Assembly (NCBI GenBank): GCA_963664195.1 | Contig: OY760907.1 | Span: 3,392,001 to 3,456,000, forward strand | Direction of reading: 5' to 3' | DNA from: an uncultured candidate division Zixibacteria bacterium | Lineage (GTDB): Bacteria; Zixibacteria; MSB-5A5; GN15; FEB-12 | Length of the DNA stretch: 64,000 nt | Shown: positions 58,159-64,000 of the stretch, piece after piece | How positions within the stretch are numbered: the stretch's first letter is position 1 | How the letters are laid out: every line of letters begins with the position of its first letter | Notes under the pieces: generated by a model | What the model was told of the DNA's origin: nothing | Seen by the model: the letters and a program-made list of their open reading frames with translations, nothing else | Database searches by the model: none | Made by a program: the position numbers and the translations under genes

Positions 58159-59370
58159 ATGGACATAAAGACAATTGCAATCATCACGTCCGGTGGTGAC
58201 TGCGGAGGCCTGAACGCCGTGGTGAAGGGTGTTTCTCAGATGGCCACGCGCAAGGATATCAAGACCTACGTAGTCCCCAACGGCTATGCGGGCCTGTACA
58301 ATTTGGTTGACATGGACGTACTCGTTGAATTGAACCCCACCAGAGTTGACTCCTTCAGCATCGGCCTTGCCGGGTCAGAGGCGGGTCACTCGCGCGTGAA
58401 AGTCGGAAGAATCAACGACGAGCACAAGTTCGACCGCATCAAAGCCGGACTGGCGAAATTCGGCATCGACGGCCTCGTAATCAGCGGCGGCGACGACACC
58501 GGTTCGGTCGTTGCCGATCTCGCAGGCGAAGGCATCCGCTGCGTGCACTGCCCGAAAACGATGGACCTGGACCTCGTCCCCTACTCCGTGGGCGGCGATT
58601 CGACCATGAACCGCATCGGATTTATCACGCGCGAACTGAAGACCACCGGCCGCACTCACAACCGAATCATGATTATCGAGGTATTCGGACGCTACGCCGG
58701 TCACACCGCTTTCCGGGGAGGTGTCGCGGGTGAAGCCGACGCTATCCTGATACCGGAAATCCCGGTTGATTTTGAAGAGCTTTATCGCCACATGAAAAAG
58801 CTCTACACCAAACGCGTGATTGAATCCGATGTAAAAGCCGGAACGTACACAATCGTCGTCGCCGAGGGTCTCAAAGACGCCTCCGGCAGTGAAATCTACG
58901 ACGAAGAGGCTGGCGTAGACGCTTTCGGACACAAGAAGCTCGCGGGTGCCGGCAAATATGTTATGCAGCGTCTGAGGGCCATGCTCAGGTCCGATAGCGA
59001 GATCAAAGACTTCATGAAACGCCAGGGTATGTTCATCGAAGGGCTTTACGAAGTCCCCGAGATACGGACGATCATCCCCAGCCATCTGGTGCGCGTGGGG
59101 ACGACCTCGGCAATGGACGCCAACTGGGGCATGGAAATGGGCGCCAGTGCGGTCATGATGCTCCTGAGAGGGCTGACAGGCGTCACGTTCGCAAGCTATC
59201 AGAACAACACGGTTAGCTACATGGACATCAAAGAAGCGATCACGCAGCGTCACGTTGATTTGCCGGAGATCGCGTTGTTTGAGCAACTGGGCATCTGTTT
59301 TGGTCGAGTCCGCGAGGAATTCGAACCCAAGTGCGAGTTGGTCACGGGCATGATCGACCGGGCTTACTAG
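58159..59370 (+). CDS. pfkA: 6-phosphofructokinase (PfkA family), probably pyrophosphate-dependent
   Basis: TSGGDCGGLNA, GGDD, PKTMDLD, EVFGRYAG, LIPE, VAEG, DAFGH. Confidence 0.9.
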   Translation: MDIKTIAIITSGGDCGGLNAVVKGVSQMATRKDIKTYVVPNGYAGLYNLVDMDVLVELNPTRVDSFSIGLAGSEAGHSRVKVGRINDEHKFDRIKAGLAKFGIDGLVISGGDDTGSVVADLAGEGIRCVHCPKTMDLDLVPYSVGGDSTMNRIGFITRELKTTGRTHNRIMIIEVFGRYAGHTAFRGGVAGEADAILIPEIPVDFEELYRHMKKLYTKRVIESDVKAGTYTIVVAEGLKDASGSEIYDEEAGVDAFGHKKLAGAGKYVMQRLRAMLRSDSEIKDFMKRQGMFIEGLYEVPEIRTIIPSHLVRVGTTSAMDANWGMEMGASAVMMLLRGLTGVTFASYQNNTVSYMDIKEAITQRHVDLPEIALFEQLGICFGRVREEFEPKCELVTGMIDRAY

Positions 59371-59418
59371 GCGGCAGCCGAAGGCGTCCTTCCCGATATG
59401 CTTTGGACAGAACAAAGC

Positions 59419-60736
59419 GGGCATGTAAGTATTTTTGTGTAAGCGGCCATGATGTATATTGGATTGAAGGAGGATACGCATGGCCAAGAAGCTCGACAAT
59501 GCAGACAAGCTTATCGATGAAATGATCGCCGGGAAGACGCCCGAGGAGATAGTCGGCGAGGGCGGTCTTCTCGAAGCGCTTACGAAACGCGTCTACGAAC
59601 GCGCCCTCGAAGGCGAGATGACGCACCATCTGGGCTACCCCCCCAAAGCCCCCGAGGGCCGCAACAGCGGCAACTCCCGCAACGGCAAGACCACCAAGAC
59701 AGTTAAGACCGGGGCCGAGGATGTGAACTTAGCGATTCCCCGGGACCGCAACGGCCAGTTCGAGCCACAGCTGGTCAAAAAGCATCAGCGTCGCCTGCCG
59801 GGTTTCGACGACAAGGTACTGGCGCTGTATGCTCGTGGGCTTTCGACCCGTGATATCCAGGGTCATCTTGAGGAGATGTACGGATCGGCCGTGTCGCCGG
59901 CGTTGATATCGGCGGTGACGGACGCAGTTTTGGAGGAGGTGACGGCGTGGCAGAACCGTCCGTTGGAGCCGGTGTATCCGATCGTGTACCTTGATGCCAT
60001 CCACCTGAAGATGCGTCACAGCGGGCAGATCAAGAACCAGGCAGTGTATCTGGCTCTGGGGATCAACCGTGAGGGCGGCAAGGAGTTACTGGGGTTGTGG
60101 GTCGGCGAGCACGAGGGGGCCAAGTTCTGGTTGAACGTGCTGACCCAGTTGAAGAACCGTGGGGTGCAGGACATCCTGATTGCCTGTGTGGACGGTCTGA
60201 GCGGTTTCCCCGACGCGATCGAGGCGGCCTATCCGAAGGCGCAGGTGCAGTTGTGCATCGTGCACATGGTGCGCAACTCGCTGAAGTATGTCTCCTGGAA
60301 ACAGCGCAAGGCGGTGGCCGCCGATCTCAAGAGTGTTTATTCGGCGCCCAACGTGGAGGCCGCCGAGGAGGCCCTGGCCGCGCTTGAGGCCCGGTATGAG
60401 GACAGCTTCCCGCAAATCGCGCGCTCGTGGCGATCCTGCTGGGTGAACATCATTCCGTTTTTTGACTATCCGCCGGCGATTCGGAAAGTTATCTATACGA
60501 CTAATGCGATTGAATCGATGAACGCTCAGCTGCGGAAAGTTACGAGAAATCGCGGCTCGTTTCCGACCGCCGACTCGGTGAGGAAGGTGCTGTATTTGGC
60601 GATACAGAGAATCTCGATGAAGTGGAAACGACCGATCAAAGACTGGGTGGCGGCACTCAACCACTTCAGCATCATGTTTGAGGGAAGAATCTGACAACCG
60701 TGAAAAGGCTGCTTACACAAAATTCTGTACAGACCC
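59419..60736 (+). mobile_element. IS256 family insertion sequence, complete (1318 bp)
   Basis: IRL GGGCATGTAAGTATTTTTGTGTAAGCGGCC; IRR (rc) GGGTCTGTACAGAATTTTGTGTAAGCAGCC; 8-bp TSD AACAAAGC at 59411-59418 and 60737-60744. Confidence 0.95.
59480..60694 (+). CDS. IS256 family (Mutator-like) DDE transposase
   Basis: RNG...K, PRDR.G.F.P, YLDA, VDGL.G, QLC.VH, YTTN.IES; intact 404-aa ORF. Confidence 0.97.
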   Translation: MAKKLDNADKLIDEMIAGKTPEEIVGEGGLLEALTKRVYERALEGEMTHHLGYPPKAPEGRNSGNSRNGKTTKTVKTGAEDVNLAIPRDRNGQFEPQLVKKHQRRLPGFDDKVLALYARGLSTRDIQGHLEEMYGSAVSPALISAVTDAVLEEVTAWQNRPLEPVYPIVYLDAIHLKMRHSGQIKNQAVYLALGINREGGKELLGLWVGEHEGAKFWLNVLTQLKNRGVQDILIACVDGLSGFPDAIEAAYPKAQVQLCIVHMVRNSLKYVSWKQRKAVAADLKSVYSAPNVEAAEEALAALEARYEDSFPQIARSWRSCWVNIIPFFDYPPAIRKVIYTTNAIESMNAQLRKVTRNRGSFPTADSVRKVLYLAIQRISMKWKRPIKDWVAALNHFSIMFEGRI

Positions 60737-60738
60737 AA

Positions 60739-60772
60739 CAAAGCCCCTGGCCTTGATAAGGCCGGGGCTTGT
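60739..60772. terminator. Hairpin terminator downstream of the tRNA 3' end (and originally of pfkA)
   Basis: AAGCCCCTGGCCTT-GAT-AAGGCCGGGGCTT. Confidence 0.7.
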
Positions 60773-60781
60773 AATATCTAA

Positions 60782-60827
60782 GAGCCACCGAGCAGGATCG
60801 AACTGCTGACCTATTGATTACGAATCA
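60782..60827 (-). mobile_element. 3' half of tRNA-Thr(CGT); putative att site of an integrated element extending right of the window
   Basis: Minus strand TGA-TTCGTAA-TCAAT-AGGTC-AGCAG-TTCGATC-CTGCT-CGGTGGC-T gives an anticodon loop, T-arm and acceptor 3' strand; D-arm and 5' strand are absent. Confidence 0.85.
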
Positions 60828-60936
60828 TACTTAAGTGGCGGTCATGCCAATGACATACGTCTTTCGCAGCCATCTACTTTGACATAGCCCGATTCCCGCC
60901 GCTGGATTTGAAACAGCGCCCCGCCGACTAACAATC

Positions 60937-61800
60937 TCAATCCGACCCGCGCAAGAATGCTTCGTGGGCGTCCGACATTTGATTAAGCCAATCGATGATT
61001 GTCCGTAGTCTGTCCGACATCACGGTACTACTGGCAACACTATCTGAATATGCTATCGCTGCCTTGGCTACAAGCAGTGGAAAACCACTCATGAGTTGGG
61101 GTCTTGGCATAGCGAAGTTCAGATTCGGTGTCCAAGATTCGCCATCTCTCTCAAGATGGTACTTGATTAGTTCGGACCAACTGCCATGAGTGACTGAACT
61201 TAAGTTCTTGTATATGTGCTCGTATAGGACTTCAATCCCACAATCCCGTGCCCGTTCTCGTGCGTTGTGTTCCCTCCGCCACTGACTGGATTCAACATCA
61301 GAAAGGGACAATCCCGCGTCGCGAAAATCATCCATTATCGATGATTTCATCCTTTCCCGAATCACTGTGTCGCCCACCCCATCTTCCTCGTCCTTGATGA
61401 GTCCTTCGAAGGCCTTCTTCTTCTGTGCTAATGACGTCGTAATAAACTCGTCGAGCCTCGCAGTGCTCCTTGCTTGGCAAAAATACAGAAGATCGATTGC
61501 CGTATCACAGGCAGACCTTGCGACTATCATTGACACTTCCATGCGATGATCGCAGATCAGCAGAAGGAAAGTGTCGAACAGTTTGTAGAGACGGACCATC
61601 AAACCCACGAGTACGGCAAAGTGCTTGGGCTCCATCTCTACTACTGTAGGCACTAGTGTCGAGCACATAGCAACAGATGTGCGAAGCTCGTTTCCACCCA
61701 CAACTAGATCATCCCAGAACTCACTCTCGGTTTCCCGGTTTCGGTCAAGCCGTGGCAGCTGGAGTGGTCGTGGAGTCACGTGCATTCCGTCAGCGCTCAT
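60937..61800 (-). CDS. DUF5677-like helical protein (possible HEPN-related)
   Basis: ARSACD and YKNLSSVTHGSW (YxxLSxxxH) motifs; ATGA-coupled to the upstream gene. Confidence 0.6.
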   Translation of the reverse strand: MSADGMHVTPRPLQLPRLDRNRETESEFWDDLVVGGNELRTSVAMCSTLVPTVVEMEPKHFAVLVGLMVRLYKLFDTFLLLICDHRMEVSMIVARSACDTAIDLLYFCQARSTARLDEFITTSLAQKKKAFEGLIKDEEDGVGDTVIRERMKSSIMDDFRDAGLSLSDVESSQWRREHNARERARDCGIEVLYEHIYKNLSSVTHGSWSELIKYHLERDGESWTPNLNFAMPRPQLMSGFPLLVAKAAIAYSDSVASSTVMSDRLRTIIDWLNQMSDAHEAFLRGSD

Positions 61801-62726
61801 TCGGTGGGCTCGGAGTTGTCGGGTGGCCCGTCTGGTTCATCCGACGGGAAGAGATCTTCTTGCGTCTTCTGTAGATCGAACACCTCCAACTGACTAGGCC
61901 GGAGATTCTCGTCCAACGACACCTTGCACCGAATCTTGACGGGGCCCTTATGTGAAAACAGGCGATAGAGTTTCTCGGGGGCATCGCCGACATAGCGAAA
62001 GAACACTCTGTTATTGTCTGGCAAATAGACCCATCCACTTTTGGTTGATTTGGTTACCGAGTTGATTTTCACGACAAGCTCGGTCTCTTCGGTCGTTGCG
62101 GCGATTTCGTTCTCCGCATCGAAGAATTGGCGCTCATCGGCCGAAACCGTCTCCGCTGACTGCTCCTCCCCATCAGAGGTAACAGAGAGCTTCGCCGAAT
62201 CGATACGGCCGTCTTCAAGTGGGCGCATCATGCGACTAAGGTCTGAATCGAGACGACCGCTCACAAACCAATCGTAGGCCTCGCGTTGGAGTGTGATTTC
62301 TACTTTCTGGCAGTTGCTCATTACAATGCCATTGTTCGAACCAACCTTCACTTGACACGGCTTGTTTCTGGCGTGTCGCTTAGCCCTGATTACCTCCAGC
62401 AGCTTATCCACGACCCACGAGGCTCCGCTCACGCAGGTTCCGAGGTCCACACCTGCCGCTTGCACGCTCGCCAAGGCCTCACCATTCTCGCTCAGCTGCC
62501 TGACCACCTCTAACACGATATCCGCTGAGCCAGAACGGACTCCAGTTATGCGGATATTGTGGTTTGCGTCTGGGTCTCCGGTTGAAGCAATCTTGGCATA
62601 TGCCCCAGAGAATCCTTGCAGCACCGGTATAATGTCCTCAACCGACATAGAGCCGTCATCGACATCCGGTCCGGCAAATCTCAAATGGACTTCCACCTGC
62701 TCCTTGATAGTCTGTTGCTTAGTCAT
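61797..62726 (-). CDS. Hypothetical protein of mobile-element type (N-terminal F.G..VD.GSM..ED....L.G motif, possible C-terminal OB-like domain)
   Basis: 309-aa ORF, GGGGAG RBS, own promoter. Confidence 0.65.
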   Translation of the reverse strand: MTKQQTIKEQVEVHLRFAGPDVDDGSMSVEDIIPVLQGFSGAYAKIASTGDPDANHNIRITGVRSGSADIVLEVVRQLSENGEALASVQAAGVDLGTCVSGASWVVDKLLEVIRAKRHARNKPCQVKVGSNNGIVMSNCQKVEITLQREAYDWFVSGRLDSDLSRMMRPLEDGRIDSAKLSVTSDGEEQSAETVSADERQFFDAENEIAATTEETELVVKINSVTKSTKSGWVYLPDNNRVFFRYVGDAPEKLYRLFSHKGPVKIRCKVSLDENLRPSQLEVFDLQKTQEDLFPSDEPDGPPDNSEPTE

Positions 62727-62755
62727 AGTCTCCCCACTTGATAAAGTCTGTACCC

Positions 62756-62784
62756 ATCATACCACATTGTTGAATAGATGGCAA
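62756..62784 (-). promoter_or_regulatory. Promoter of two-gene island cassette
   Basis: Minus strand TTGCCA-N17-TATGAT with extended TGn -10. Confidence 0.65.
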
Positions 62785-62807
62785 TAACTTGATACAAGAA
62801 ACCGACC

Positions 62808-63356
62808 CTAGTCCGGCCGGCGCTCCAGCAGCCAATCAGTGTAGTCGCCCTTCACGGTGTCATTCGTCGTCTCCAAGTGAGTAATGACGCTGTCCATAAA
62901 CTCCACAGACCCCTGAGAAGAGCTGGAGCTAACCCTGATTCGATTACGGTGCCGTATCAGTTGGTTGAGCGATTGTGTGTAGCTGAGCATGATGGCTGTC
63001 CGATTATTGAAAAAAGTGTCAGCTGGCAACAGCCGCGGCAGATCCGTGTTCAACGCCACCAAGGCTTCGGTGGAGTAGAGACGCTTCACAGCCAATGAGT
63101 CACCTTTGTCGCTGAAGGCACGTGAGTCAGTGCCCCACAGGTGGTTCTTGTCGATCTCGAGAGTCACTGCGTCAATTCGCGCTCGCAGCTCGTTCAGGCG
63201 CGCATCTTCGTCGAAGCCCTGCTGCTGTATGCCTGCGGCCCAGAAGCCTACGACCGCGCCGAGGAACGCGCCCAGGATTGCCCCTGGTAGCTCGTGCCGG
63301 AACCATCCCCAGAGACGGAGCCAGTATGTCTTCAGTTTTTGTATGATCTTGTTCAT
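62808..63356 (-). CDS. Hypothetical protein with N-terminal TM helix
   Basis: GAGGA RBS; GAILGAFLGAVVGFW TM followed by a helical domain. Confidence 0.6.
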   Translation of the reverse strand: MNKIIQKLKTYWLRLWGWFRHELPGAILGAFLGAVVGFWAAGIQQQGFDEDARLNELRARIDAVTLEIDKNHLWGTDSRAFSDKGDSLAVKRLYSTEALVALNTDLPRLLPADTFFNNRTAIMLSYTQSLNQLIRHRNRIRVSSSSSQGSVEFMDSVITHLETTNDTVKGDYTDWLLERRPD

Positions 63357-63389
63357 AGAGTCCTCATTGTTAGAAGGCAGAGTGTGATG

Positions 63390-64000
63390 CTACCCTACGT
63401 CCCCGGTTTCAGGCTCGTCAGCGTCGGGCTTCTGCCAACAATCTCTGCCGGATTGGTCCTTACCAAGAATCCAACCATCGGCTCTCAGCTCTTCCTCGAT
63501 GCGATCTGGCAGGTCCGCATACTCCCAGCGGACAGCCTTTCGGATCTGTTCCAGTTTGACGTTCATTGCGCGCCCAAGTTTGGCCGCCTTCAGATACGCC
63601 CCCTCCAGATTGGCACCCGTCAAGTCGGCGTCTCTTAAGTTGGCTCCCCACAGATCCGCCCCCTCAAGGAAGGCAACCGTAAGTTTCGCCCCCGCAAGAT
63701 TGGCATATGTCAGATGCGCCCCCTTCAAGTGGGCAGCAAACAGGTCCGCCCTCTCAAGGTTTGCACCAAACAGATTCGCCCTCTCAAGGTTGGCATCAGA
63801 CAGATTCGTCCCCCCAAGGTTGGCGCCTGTCAGATTCGCCCCCTCGAGGTTGGCGCCAGTTAGATTCGCCCCTTCAAGGTTGGCCATCTCCAGTTCCGCC
63901 CCCTCAAGGTTGGCCATCTCCAGTTCCGCCCCCTCAAGGTTGGCTTGAAACAGAGCCGATCCTTCAAGGTTAGCAGACCTCAGATCCACCCCCGCAAGGT
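63390..64000 (-). CDS. Pentapeptide repeat protein (5'-truncated by window edge)
   Basis: >20 A[ND]LxG-type pentapeptides; includes an exact 30-bp duplication (~63878-63937); frame open to the window end. Confidence 0.9.
   Translation of the reverse strand, partial: LAGVDLRSANLEGSALFQANLEGAELEMANLEGAELEMANLEGANLTGANLEGANLTGANLGGTNLSDANLERANLFGANLERADLFAAHLKGAHLTYANLAGAKLTVAFLEGADLWGANLRDADLTGANLEGAYLKAAKLGRAMNVKLEQIRKAVRWEYADLPDRIEEELRADGWILGKDQSGRDCWQKPDADEPETGDVG

Noticed and set aside
60782..60860. Complete tRNA-Thr gene
   Set aside because: No D-arm or complementary acceptor 5' strand; only the 3' half is present.
1..64000. Canonical cohesin/scaffoldin gene
   Set aside because: I recognised no cohesin motif in any ORF, so the receptor for the tag is not demonstrated here.
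63390..64000. Qnr quinolone-resistance gene
   Set aside because: Only generic A[ND]LxG repeats are visible, and the gene is truncated.

Overview
A gene-dense bacterial chromosomal segment. The repeated Cys-flanked 'GNVD.S.D..VTM.DLT.LIDHLFISL' C-terminal module suggests an FCB-group candidate phylum such as Zixibacteria (inference). The main signal is five predicted secreted proteins that all end in the same Cys-flanked dockerin-like tag: a Kgp-like Lys-gingipain, a second C25 peptidase, an M14 carboxypeptidase, a TSP3-repeat putative hydrolase and a tiny tag-plus-stub protein. The Kgp-like and M14 enzymes also share a ~700-aa C-terminal chassis. A non-catalytic 5x FN3 protein with a FlgD/T9SS-CTD-like tail lies next to the M14 gene. 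Together these hint at a cellulosome-like protein-degrading surface complex, but no cohesin is recognisable in the window. Other content: lemA-DUF2207; a beta-barrel plus giant secreted protein pair; an arsR-arsP-arsEFG organoarsenical operon with a visible operator; a TetR-TolC-MFP-RND efflux operon; a two-kinase/NTT-HEAT/cNMP/receiver operon; a GldA/GldF-G/DUF4340 ABC system; ccmCD; a PPi-type PFK; an intact IS256 with an 8-bp target-site duplication; and the 3' half of tRNA-Thr(CGT), which marks the end of an integrated element whose cargo includes a self-promoted two-gene defence-like cassette. All family calls come from motif recognition by eye; no database search was run.
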